A stretch of DNA of 39,245 bases from Chrysochromulina tobinii (lineage: Eukaryota), in NCBI GenBank assembly GCA_001275005.1, contig JWZX01003316.1:1-39245 (forward strand), in the 5' to 3' direction. Made by a program: the position numbers and the translations under genes. Under the pieces are notes generated by a model. It was given only the letters and a program-made list of their open reading frames with translations. It searched no databases and was not told the DNA's origin. This document shows, piece after piece, positions 30,172 through 39,245 of the stretch (position 1 is its first letter; each line of letters opens with the position of its first letter).

Positions 30172-30863
30172 TGGGCCGTGAACGGTCGAAGTGCCAAGAC
30201 GGTCGTGATACGTCGCGCGGACCCACCAGACGGACGGAGGCGACAGGGCAGCGCCGAGATGGCATGTTCGACCGAGATGCGACAACAAACACAGCCGGAT
30301 AGCGGTAGTTCGGCGGTCGACAGGTTGACGAGCATGTGCCGCGTGTGCCGTAGCCATGTGGGTCGACTCACGACTCTGCGGTCGGCGCGCTCGTCTTCGC
30401 TCTCCCCTGCCGTGTTTCGGCCATTCTCACGCGTCTCGGGAGCGTCGGGTACCCGCGCTCTCGACCGTTGGGGCGAGAAGTCCCAAGTAAGTCCGAAGAG
30501 GCCTGCAAGCCTACGAAAAGCCGGGCATTCCGCGTTGCTTCGGCAGACGGCACGCATGCGCTACCGATGGCACGCCGACGCGCACATTCCCTCCGCCCGT
30601 CGACGGACCCGGCATGTTCCGGATGCTCCGCGCCTCCGCCGGGAGACCGGTGGGACTCGGTGTTTAGCTTTAGGGGGCGGTTTTCGACACTGCGTCGCTG
30701 TTCCGATATCCGGGGTCGCCCGCGGCCTTCTAAACTCTTATAGCTGAGGGCGTTCCCCATCGGCATCGTTTGAATTAAAATTCATGAATCTTACTTCTCG
30801 AAGGGAGTTCGTCGGCTTGTAGTAACACAGTGTCCGACCGAAGTCCGACCGTGTAGGCGAAAC

Positions 30864-30919
30864 GTGGCTACCGTCAGTGGCTACCGTCCGCAGTGGCTAC
30901 CGTCAGTGGCTCGCCGTCA
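30864..30919 (+). repeat. Minisatellite, 13-nt unit GTGGCTACCGTCA, 4 imperfect copies
   Basis: Copies start at 30864, 30877, 30893 and 30906. Confidence 0.85.
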
Positions 30920-31027
30920 CGCGCCTGCGCACATCGGTCGACCCGTGGCCGCTGCCGCGATTCGACCAGCCGCTCGCCGCAAACCGTGCCGTCCCATTGG
31001 CGGTGATGCTCACAAAACCTCGGGCAC

Positions 31028-31783
31028 TTAGATGGGCACTTCGTCGCTTGCTTGGACCTTGTGAGGGTTCAGGGCCGAACGCGCCGGAGCGTCGCCGTGT
31101 GGAGGCATTGCAGGTTCTGGGGCCTCTATCTGTGCGGGGGGGCTGCGGGGCGTCAATGACGCTGCGACGGGCGCAGCCTGGTGCGCCGCTCTCGTCCGAG
31201 TGGCGCTGATATCGAAGGAATCAGCGGCATCGGCCAGCCAGCCAGCAGAACTATGCTTGCGAAATGATGATGCACAGAACAAGCTGACCTCAGAGGCGGA
31301 ACGCTTTGCTATGCTCAGTTTGAATTCGGCCTCCGCTTCGGCCTCCGCTTCGGCCTCCGCTTCGAGCCTCCGTTTCACCACCCACTTCGTCCAATCTTCG
31401 GCCTACCTGAACTCAGGCACGATTTCGTTTCCGAACACAGCCTTCCATTGCATTCGGGCCTGACGGGCGGAAGCGATGAGTCCTCGTTAAGCGCAATTGC
31501 GAGTGGTAACAGTCCCTGGCCCTATAGCGCGTACCTGTTCGCGCAGCTCCGCATTCGCGTCACTCATCTCGATGGAGGTCTTCGCTGAGTTCTTCGCAGA
31601 GTCGCAGAGACTTCCACAACGCGCCGCCTGCGAGGATCCCAAATTGATCTATATATGTTTTCTCGATGTGGTTACGAAATCAGTAAGATCATACTTGATA
31701 GGATCATTTCTATAGTATGTTCTCCACTCGCACTTTGTAAAGAAGTCCGATCTACCACCGTCGAGGACGACTCCTATGCCGCC
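31028..31783 (-). pseudogene. Possible degenerate multi-exon gene or element relic
   Basis: Protein-like minus-strand segments (GGIGVVLDGGRSDFF..., ...SDANAELREQ, ARMQWKAVFGNEIVPEFR*AEDWTKWVVKRRLEAEAEAE) with splice-like CAG|GTACGC..GTCAG boundaries. In-frame TAGs occur at 31651-31649 and 31405-31403. Frames are ambiguous. Confidence 0.25.
31325..31360 (+). repeat. 12-nt tandem repeat (TTCGGCCTCCGC)x3
   Basis: Three exact copies; they encode (AE)n on the minus strand. Confidence 0.85.
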
Positions 31784-31841
31784 CTGTCACGATCGACGCA
31801 GGCGCAGCCTCACGGCTCGCGTTGGATGAGCGTTTCAAGTG

Positions 31842-32027
31842 GCGGGGGGTACGTCAGAGACGGCCACAATTACAAAACCCTTTCAGACTCATCTGCACAC
31901 ACCATTTCACAGACGTTCATCACACGACCATATCACCGCACACTATGCGGGGTACGCCAGAGACGGCCAAAATCAGACCCATCACACCATTTCACAGACG
32001 TTCATCACACGACCATATCACCGCACA
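31842..32027 (+). repeat. Imperfect tandem duplication with an identical 45-nt core
   Basis: cacaccatttcacagacgttcatcacacgaccatatcaccgcaca at 31898-31942 and 31983-32027. Each copy lies downstream of gcgggg..tacg(t/c)cagagacggcca (31842 and 31947). Confidence 0.92.
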
Positions 32028-32267
32028 TTACCGCACAACCGCACAGTCACTCTGCATCTCTGTTGGATTTGTGTCAAGGTTGCCGTGCCTCTTCACTGAC
32101 ATCTTCCTGTGAACGCGAACCCACGGCGGCAAGCAGGCGTCCTTCGCAAGCGTCGCCGCCGCGCAGCAGCGCCCCACAGCGCGCTAGCCTCTCTCGTCCA
32201 GCTGCATCGTGACCGTGCCGTACCGTGCTCTGCCCGTCTGGCAGGTACATCCAGACCAGCTGCAGCC

Positions 32268-33250
32268 ATGTCACGCGGTAGCTCCGCTGGCTATGATCGA
32301 CACATCACCATCTTCTCGCCAGAGGGTCGGCTCTACCAAGTCGAGTACGCCTTCAAGGTGCGTGCTCCGCGATGGGCCGCCTCCCCGCACACGCCACATC
32401 TCACGATGACCGGTCGGTGTGGCTGCGTGCAGGCTATCAAGACGAGTGGCCTCACCTCTGTGGGCGTACGCGGCGCCGACTCTGCAGTCGTACTGACGCA
32501 GCGTAAGGTGCCTGACAAGCTGCATGACCCCGAATCGGTCACCAACATGTACCACATCACGGAGAACATCGGGCTTGTGATGACCGGTATGGTTGCCGAT
32601 GCCCGCTCCAAGGTGCAGCGGCTGCGCAGCGAAGCGGCGGAGTTTAAGTTCAACAACGGGTACGATATCCCTGTTGGCTACTTGGCAAAGCGTGCTGCAG
32701 ACCTGGCACAGGTCTACACGCAGCACGCCAGCATGCGCCCGCTCGGCATCGGTACGTGCGCGAACGCGACGCCCGAGTTGCGCTCGGACGCTGCGTGCCG
32801 TGTCCAGATCCTTGAAGAGAAACACGGCGGGAATCCCAGCCTGCCTGGCTCATCCTGCCCCTGCCTGCGTGTGCATCCGCAGCCATGATCATCGTCGGTA
32901 TTGACGTCGAGGGCGAGAACAAAATTCCGCAGCTGTACCGATGCGATCCCGCTGGGTACTACGTTGGCTACAAGGCTACCTCCGCCGGCCAAAAGGAGCA
33001 GGAGGCCAACAACTTTTTGGAGAAGCGCTACAAGACGGACCCAAACCCGGCCCTGTCGTACGATGACACCGTGCAGCTCGCGCTGGCGTGCCTGCAGACT
33101 GTCCTGGGTTCGGACCTCAAAGCCAGCGACGTGGAGGCGTGCGTGGTGCGGAACGACGCGCTTAAATTCACTAAACTGTCCAACGACGAGATAGAGGCGC
33201 ATCTGACGGCGCTCGCTGAACGTGACGACGATGTTGCGGCGCGCGACTAA
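32268..33250 (+). CDS. PSMA6: 20S proteasome subunit alpha-1 (alpha type-6); exons 32268-32357, 32433-32751, 32883-33250
   Basis: [64 protein letters not shown] and [28 protein letters not shown]. Confidence 0.97.
32358..32432 (+). other. PSMA6 intron 1, 75 nt, GT-AG, in frame and stop-free
   Basis: AAG|GTGCGT...GTGCAG|GCT restores YAFKAIK. Confidence 0.93.
32752..32882 (+). other. PSMA6 intron 2, 131 nt, GT-AG
   Basis: ATCG|GTACGT...CCGCAG|CCATG restores RPLGIAMII. Confidence 0.93.
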
Positions 33251-33668
33251 AAGCGCGGCCCCGACGGCGTGGCGGTTGAGCGAACGTGGGCAAGCGTCGG
33301 CGCGGCGTGGCGGGGCGGGGACCTGCTGGACGTTCATGGCTCACCGCGTGCGACCGTGTGGCCCGATTCCGTCGGGGCGCAAGGAAAGCGCCGAGCGTGG
33401 ACTACCGTGTGGTGCGGGCTGCCCCCCCCGCGGCTAGTATGTGTAGCCAAGCAACGGCAACGCGACCATCCAAAAGTACGATCGAATCACGGCGAGCGGT
33501 ATACGTGTACAACGTGTGAGAGGGAACCCGTTAAAGATGGTGTATGTGGCGCCGGTCCGGATGCCGCGCCGGCCTCCCGCGTCCAATTGCCCGCGTCCCG
33601 GGCGGCGTGATCGGTTAAACCGCGATGGAGACGGCGCGCGTTGCGCCAACGCGCGCGGTCTACCGCGT

Positions 33669-33724
33669 GGTTACTAATTTCGCTATTCCGTACGGAAGTG
33701 TTCGCTCGGTTACTAATTTCCCTA
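33669..33724. repeat. Direct repeat GGTTACTAATTTC(G/C)CTA x2 flanking a 12-nt palindrome
   Basis: Copies start at 33669 and 33708; TTCCGTACGGAA lies at 33686-33697. Confidence 0.8.
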
Positions 33725-34001
33725 CGTCCCGCGCGGCCGGCGCGGGCCGCGACGGAGGCGGGAGGGCCGACGGGCGGGCCGCACGCCGGAGCGGCGGTCA
33801 GAGCGGCGGCGCGTTGCGCTTGCGGTGCGCCGGGGACGAGAGCGCACGCCCACGGTCGCCGCGACAAGACAGGGTTCCTGCTCGCGGTCCTGGCGGCGGT
33901 CCGGCGTCTCGCACGCGGGCCACGGCCTAAGCCACGGCCGGCTCGCGGTTCCACGCGCGCCAGCTGCGCGCGCCGGATCCCGATTGCTCGACCCGATTGG
34001 G

Positions 34002-37000
34002 TTATGTTGTAGATGGGGGCGGTACGGGTGGCAGATTGGCGCCGCCTGCGCGAATAACAGGTGGCAAGGTCGCGCCGGCAGGTGTGTTCGGCGCCCGCAT
34101 GAGCGATTTGACAGGGCCGGGGGTTGTGCGGAGGCGCCCCGGCGGGTATACGGGCGCTGGGTCAGGCGCTGGAGCTGAACCAGCGCTAGCTCCCCCCCGA
34201 TCGGGCATCGGGACGAGTCGTGCTGGCTCTGGTAAGGAGCCAGGCAGCGAGATGGCACGCTGCATCTTGGGAGGCGCTGGCTCGCTGCCAAGCGTCTCCT
34301 CACTCGTGGCGCCCAGCGCGTAGTACCCCGTCACTTCGAGCACCTGTTCGATGTACTGCTGCATCGCCTCGTAGCTGATGCGCTGCACGTCCGCCGCGGA
34401 CGATCGAAAGGCGAGGTCGATGGTCTCCTGCGAGCCGCTCACCACCTTGTGCAGCTCGACCTTCAGGTTGCGACCGCGATGGTGGTTGCGGTGCGAGAAG
34501 AGCTCGCGCTTGTACTTTTCGATGGCCAGGCGCTCCGCCGAAAGCGCGCCCTCCATCGAGGGCGGCAGCTCGCAAATGAAGAGAATTTTGTGCAGCTGGT
34601 TGAGCAGTCGCGAGCACGGGTCGTGTATCTCGCGGATGCGGCTCGGAGAGATAGAGAGCATCGGTGAGCGCGTCTGTCCACTGCGTCTCAATAGCGACGG
34701 CTCGCCCGGCTCACGATGCGACACCCCACCGCTGGGGCCGCCTCCATGACCGGGGCCATGACTAGCGCCACGCGGCTGGCCAGAGCCAAGGTGATGGCGC
34801 GCGAGCAGCCGATGGACAGCCTCTTTGTTGCGCGAAGCCTCACGCTCGTGCCTCTGGCGGAAGTCGCGCTCTATATGCACCTCTGCGCGCAGCTGATGCT
34901 CGGCGCGGCTCACGCGCGCAAGCTCGGCCATCAGTACTGGCGAGATGAGCGATGAGACCGCGTCTATGTCTGGGCGCACCTGTGGGTCGACGCTGAGCAA
35001 CTTGGAGACCACATCGACGAGGAGTGGCTCAAACGGACCGCTTATGGGCTTGTAATTGCCCTCGACGATGTTCGTGGCAACAACGAGTGGATTACTGCCC
35101 TCAAACGGCGGGCGCAGCATTGCAGTTTGGTACAGGATGCAGCCAAGCGACCAGATATCGGCCTTCTCACCGTAAGTCTCGTGCTGGATGATCTCGGGGC
35201 ACTGGTAGAGCACGGTTCCGACGACCGAGTCCATGACTGAGTTGGTGCCCATGCGCTGCTTGGCGAGGCCGAAGTCGGCAAGCTTGACGACCCCCTCGGC
35301 TGTGATCATTACGTTGGATGGCGTCAAGTCGCGGTGGACCACATGCTTCTCCTTGTGGATGTAGCGGAGGGCGAGGCACATTTGCGTAAAGATGGACCAG
35401 ATGCGCGCCTCGGGCATCGTCTGCCCTTTCTCGGCGAGGCTGTTAAGATGATCAAGAAGCGTGGCACCTTCGACGAGCTCCATCACGATGTAGAGCGACT
35501 TTCCCTGCTGAAAGGACTCGAAGTACCGGATGATGTTTGGGTGCTGCAGCGTCGAAAGGATCTTGACCTCGCGCTTTAGGTAGCTCACAGGCTGCTGCGC
35601 GCCAGATGGCTGCTGAGGCTGCATCTCGGCAACCGCGTCCAGCGGCAACTCTTTCATGGCGAAGAGTGTCTCGCCTGTATCTTTTTTCACCTGATACACG
35701 CTTCCAAAGGCGCCTCGGCCCAGGAGCTCCTGCACGGCATAGTCCTTGACCTTGTGCGACGCCGGGCCTTTGATCACATTGATGTCTGCGAGAGCCTCCT
35801 GCATGCGCACGCGCATCTCAGCCGTGAGCCGGAAGAGCTGTTGCGCAAGGGGCGCGTAGCATGCCAGCGAGTTGACGTAGTGGCCGAGATCAATGAAAGC
35901 CGCGAAGAGGACGGGGGGGAAGAGCCTTTGGAAGATCTTGCGGTTGCGTTCCGTGGAGAAAAGGATGCGTAGCGCGCGAAAGGCGTGTGCGGCAAGCAAC
36001 TCCGGAGACGGTTCGCCACCCTCAGCGATCCGTGAAACGTCCGCTGCATCTGCTGCCGGCGCGGCAGCGGCGGTGCTGGGACTGATGCGCGCATCGGCAC
36101 TGGCACAACTGACAGCAGCAGCCCTCCCACTACCAGCCGTGGTAGGTGCCCCGATGTTGGCAGCTTCAGGCGGAGCACACTGCAGGAGCAGCTGCCCTAG
36201 CTGGTAGACGCCATTTGCTTTGCGGATCTGTAGTGCTCCCTCGTCATCGAGCGCGATCGCAGTGAGCACGGAGCAGATGGCGATGGCGACGCGCGGCGCG
36301 AGATATGGCGCAGACAGCACATTCATCAGCACGTTGATGCCGCCGATCTGCCGGATCTCCTTTCCACACTCGCCGTGGCCTATCATCCGCTCGAGCGTAC
36401 GCAGCAGCGGCAGCTGCACGTTGGGATCGTCCGAAGGGAGCGCGGAAAGGATGGCGGCCGTCCCATCGTGAAGCACCACGTCCAACAGAAACGTGCGCTC
36501 ACTCAGGAGCAGCTCGATCAGCTCGGCAGCGTGCGCCTTGAATGTGGGCTCATAGTCGGTGAGGATGCGGAGGAGCATCTCCGCGCAACCCAGCTGGCCG
36601 AACGCCTGAAGGTGTGATTCGAGTTGCACAAACTGGTGCATGGCGACGAGCACGCACTGCAGCACGAGCACCTCGCGCGTCGACAGCAGAGCGACGAGTG
36701 CACGCTGCAACCGCATGCCATCGGTGGGCTCCGCTGCGGAAGTCGACGCTCCTGCTGCGGCCCTCGACAGCGGTGCCAATTCCTCGAGGGGAGCGAAGCG
36801 CTTCATGATTGAGAGTGTCTCAACGAGCATCCCAGAGGCGAAGTCAGTGTGCGGCTGCGACGAATGCTCTTCCGAGAGCTCCACAAAGAGGCGCACGAGC
36901 ACTTGTGCACCTCCAAGCTCCGAAAAGAGCATGCGGTGGGCCGGATCTCGCATGAGCACGCGCATGCACTGAAGCACACGCAGCTGACAGTCGCGCGGCT

Positions 37001-37196
37001 GCTGGCGATTCGTATCGGGCAGGAAGCGCTGCTTAATCAGGAGCCTGAATATATCCACGAAGTCCTCTTGCGCTGGTATATCGCTGAAGTCGTACCTCTG
37101 AGCATTTTCGAGGAGGAACGCATCCATCGCCTCGCGCTCGCGCTCTGGAGACAGCTCGCCACGCAAGCACTCGACAAGTGCGGCGGCGGCAGCCAT
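34002..37196 (-). CDS. NEK10: NIMA-related kinase 10 (ARM repeats plus kinase domain)
   Basis: ARM-like N-terminal half and AFRALRILFSTERNRKIFQRLFPP..FIDLGHYV. Kinase motifs LGRGAFGSVY, AMKE, HRDLTPSN, DFGLAKQ and GTVLYQCPE. C-terminal REIHDPCSRLLNQLHKILFICELPP. All of these match NEK10. Confidence 0.92.
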   Translation of the reverse strand: MAAAAALVECLRGELSPEREREAMDAFLLENAQRYDFSDIPAQEDFVDIFRLLIKQRFLPDTNRQQPRDCQLRVLQCMRVLMRDPAHRMLFSELGGAQVLVRLFVELSEEHSSQPHTDFASGMLVETLSIMKRFAPLEELAPLSRAAAGASTSAAEPTDGMRLQRALVALLSTREVLVLQCVLVAMHQFVQLESHLQAFGQLGCAEMLLRILTDYEPTFKAHAAELIELLLSERTFLLDVVLHDGTAAILSALPSDDPNVQLPLLRTLERMIGHGECGKEIRQIGGINVLMNVLSAPYLAPRVAIAICSVLTAIALDDEGALQIRKANGVYQLGQLLLQCAPPEAANIGAPTTAGSGRAAAVSCASADARISPSTAAAAPAADAADVSRIAEGGEPSPELLAAHAFRALRILFSTERNRKIFQRLFPPVLFAAFIDLGHYVNSLACYAPLAQQLFRLTAEMRVRMQEALADINVIKGPASHKVKDYAVQELLGRGAFGSVYQVKKDTGETLFAMKELPLDAVAEMQPQQPSGAQQPVSYLKREVKILSTLQHPNIIRYFESFQQGKSLYIVMELVEGATLLDHLNSLAEKGQTMPEARIWSIFTQMCLALRYIHKEKHVVHRDLTPSNVMITAEGVVKLADFGLAKQRMGTNSVMDSVVGTVLYQCPEIIQHETYGEKADIWSLGCILYQTAMLRPPFEGSNPLVVATNIVEGNYKPISGPFEPLLVDVVSKLLSVDPQVRPDIDAVSSLISPVLMAELARVSRAEHQLRAEVHIERDFRQRHEREASRNKEAVHRLLARHHLGSGQPRGASHGPGHGGGPSGGVSHREPGEPSLLRRSGQTRSPMLSISPSRIREIHDPCSRLLNQLHKILFICELPPSMEGALSAERLAIEKYKRELFSHRNHHRGRNLKVELHKVVSGSQETIDLAFRSSAADVQRISYEAMQQYIEQVLEVTGYYALGATSEETLGSEPAPPKMQRAISLPGSLPEPARLVPMPDRGGASAGSAPAPDPAPVYPPGRLRTTPGPVKSLMRAPNTPAGATLPPVIRAGGANLPPVPPPSTT

Positions 37197-37396
37197 GGCT
37201 GCTCGTACTGCTCTGTGTCATGTGTGTGCGAAATGGACTTCACGTGACGAGATGATGTATCCTAACCTGTGAGGAGGAGGAGCTTGGTGTGTCGTGATGA
37301 AGTATCCTGTACCTGAGAGGCGTGTCCCGGTACACGTGCTGTTCCAAATTTCGGTGATTGCCATGAATGCCGCGATTGTCCATGTAAACCGGCGTC

Positions 37397-38533
37397 ATGG
37401 CTGGCCAGCCAGCTGCGGTTGACGAGTCTGAGGGAACGGAGAGCACCGAAGCGTTTACGGCGCGGCTGGCGAGGCCGCTGCGCATCTTTAAGGTGCCCAT
37501 ATCGGCCAACGTTGCGTGCATGATCCCAAGCCAGCACCACCTGATCGTGGCATGCCGAAACGCAACGTTGGCCGTCATTGACCTAAATGGCACCACAGCG
37601 CCGAGGGTGGTGCGCAGCGGTATCACAGTGCGGTATGGCACGCCGATAACCATGGCCGCGGAGGCCTTGGCATCAACGTCCGAGTCACCGCGCAGCATGG
37701 TGAACGTCTACTACAGCGTTGGAGGGAGCGACGTGTACTTTGCCAAGGTCGACCTTACCTCAGGCGCACTCAGCGACGACCTTACGCGGCTGGAGCCGGA
37801 TCGGAACCGCGGCCAAGTGACAGCTGTAGCGTGCGCACAGCAGCAGCTTTACGTCGCTTCCACCGATCGCTGCATCCGGCTATTTAGCTCTCGCAACGGA
37901 AGCCTGATTACCATGCTTGAGGAGGATGTGAGCCCCCCATCCTCGATCTCACTGAACCTGGATCGTCGGCAGCTGGTCACGTGCAGCAACGAGGGTGCTG
38001 GGGCGGTCTCGGTCTGGCGCACTCCCATATTGATGATGCGTACCTCTGGTAGCAAACGCTCGTGGTTGCGACAGTGGTGTGGTCTGGGCGTCTCACAAAT
38101 CCTGGCCTCGACGGCAGTCGACGCAGGAACCGGCTCGGCGGACGGCACGCGGCAGCTCGAGTGCCTCCACACATTCGTGGCGGGCAGCGCTGTGCATACA
38201 GCCCTTCTCGTTACGGGAGGAAGCTGCGCATTGACTGCAAACCAAGAAGGCGATCTTCACGTTCTGGATCTCGAGCGGAAGCGCATCGCAGTCGGTTGGA
38301 CCTTCTCTCTCTTTGGCCACACTGGACCCTTGAGAGCGCTTGCGCTCTCAGGCGATGCAACTTGCACGGCCTCCGCCACAGGCTGCGAATTACACGTGAG
38401 CAGGTGCCCCCCGAACGCACCAAGTGCGATCGGCACCGCCACCTCCATCGATCCTGCGGCTTCAACCATTGAAGATGTGCTTCGAGGCATTCAAGAGGCC
38501 GCAGACGAACTTGAGAGCCCCGGAGCTCGCTGA
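37397..38533 (+). CDS. Divergent WD40/beta-propeller repeat protein
   Basis: Repeats such as VTAVACAQQQLYVASTDRCIRLF, LVTCSNEG..VSVW, ALTANQEGDLHVLDL and GHTGPLRALAL. Confidence 0.7.
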   Translation: MAGQPAAVDESEGTESTEAFTARLARPLRIFKVPISANVACMIPSQHHLIVACRNATLAVIDLNGTTAPRVVRSGITVRYGTPITMAAEALASTSESPRSMVNVYYSVGGSDVYFAKVDLTSGALSDDLTRLEPDRNRGQVTAVACAQQQLYVASTDRCIRLFSSRNGSLITMLEEDVSPPSSISLNLDRRQLVTCSNEGAGAVSVWRTPILMMRTSGSKRSWLRQWCGLGVSQILASTAVDAGTGSADGTRQLECLHTFVAGSAVHTALLVTGGSCALTANQEGDLHVLDLERKRIAVGWTFSLFGHTGPLRALALSGDATCTASATGCELHVSRCPPNAPSAIGTATSIDPAASTIEDVLRGIQEAADELESPGAR

Positions 38534-39245
38534 TGGCTGTTCAGACGAGACGGAGATGCCCGCGCCATGCGAACCGTACCTCTGCTTTTCGAACCTCTGT
38601 CGTGAGTTCGACGGTGCGCCGGCTCTCCGGCTCTCCTCGCTGCACTCCGAAGCACTCCCGTGAACTCGAGGGTCCTCCTCTGTTCTCTCCCGCTCCGTCC
38701 TTCGCGAGCCGAGCTCCGAGCTGCCGTCGTTTCGTCACGTCGAGGGCGGCCCTCTCCTCTCTCCGCGGTCCCGCCGCGGTGCGTGGAAAGTATCTATAGT
38801 TAACGCGATTACGTTTTCAGCGATAACCGATATCAGTATTTCGAGTATCGACGACGCGCCGGCGCTGCCCGTCGCTCCTATCTCGTTAGATACGGTAACT
38901 ATGTTATAAAAATAATATAGTAATATAGGGCCGGGCGTTCGGTTGGAGTAGCCGCGCGTACGGTGGAGGGCGCGTGTACAGCGGTAAGGCGTAAGCGGAC
39001 GGCGGGGGGGGCCGTTAAGTCTTAGTGCGTAGACCGTTCCGCCGCGCGTAGGTGTCACGGACCGTGTGTGTGGAGACACTCAGATTCTTCACCCACGGGC
39101 CGTTCTGCGCGACCGACGGCTAGCGGGCGTGGCCTACGAGGTTCGTGCGCTGCGACGGGCCGCCTGAGCGGTAAAGTGAGCGAAAATGGACGAAAAACCG
39201 TCACTTGAAAATCATAAGCCATGGTGATCGCGGATGGGGCCCAAG

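Noticed and set aside
30864..33724. CRISPR-like reading of the direct repeats
   Set aside because: There are only 2-4 copies, no series of unique spacers of constant length, no cas genes, and the context is eukaryotic.
1..39245. Selenoprotein (UGA read-through), tRNA, rRNA or snRNA genes
   Set aside because: TGA stops of the recognised genes fall at the expected protein ends, and I recognised no cloverleaf or conserved RNA motif by eye. A tRNAscan/Infernal run would be needed to exclude them fully.

Overview
Gene-dense, GC-rich eukaryotic nuclear DNA, not prokaryotic. The evidence is spliceosomal GT-AG introns (plus one probable GC-AG), proteasome, Pol delta and splicing genes, flagellar/centriolar genes (CCDC61, NEK10) and signal-plus-transit presequences on DapF and a DnaJ protein. 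This points to a flagellate alga with a complex plastid, probably a haptophyte (inference). About 18 protein genes are supported: Mtr4/Ski2-type helicase, HMG-box protein, HEXXH metallopeptidase with a VHL-beta-like domain, plastid DnaJ (CDJ2-like), FAHD2, DapF, UDP-sugar pyrophosphorylase, a long coiled-coil protein, an orphan, CCDC61, RBMX2, POLD2, a MenF-MenD fusion, UNG, a GRAB-domain golgin, PSMA6, NEK10 and a WD40-like protein. There are also two possibly degenerate coding fragments and several small repeats. I found no rRNA, tRNA, CRISPR array or intact transposon, and no multi-gene novel system that I can support. The best leads are a Hub1-binding HIND motif on RBMX2, a two-domain MenF-MenD fusion with no visible plastid presequence, the peptidase/VHL fusion, a PTS1 on FAHD2 and a RIP-like TpA-rich, CpA/TpG-poor intergenic patch. 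All identifications come from motif recognition by eye; no searches were run.
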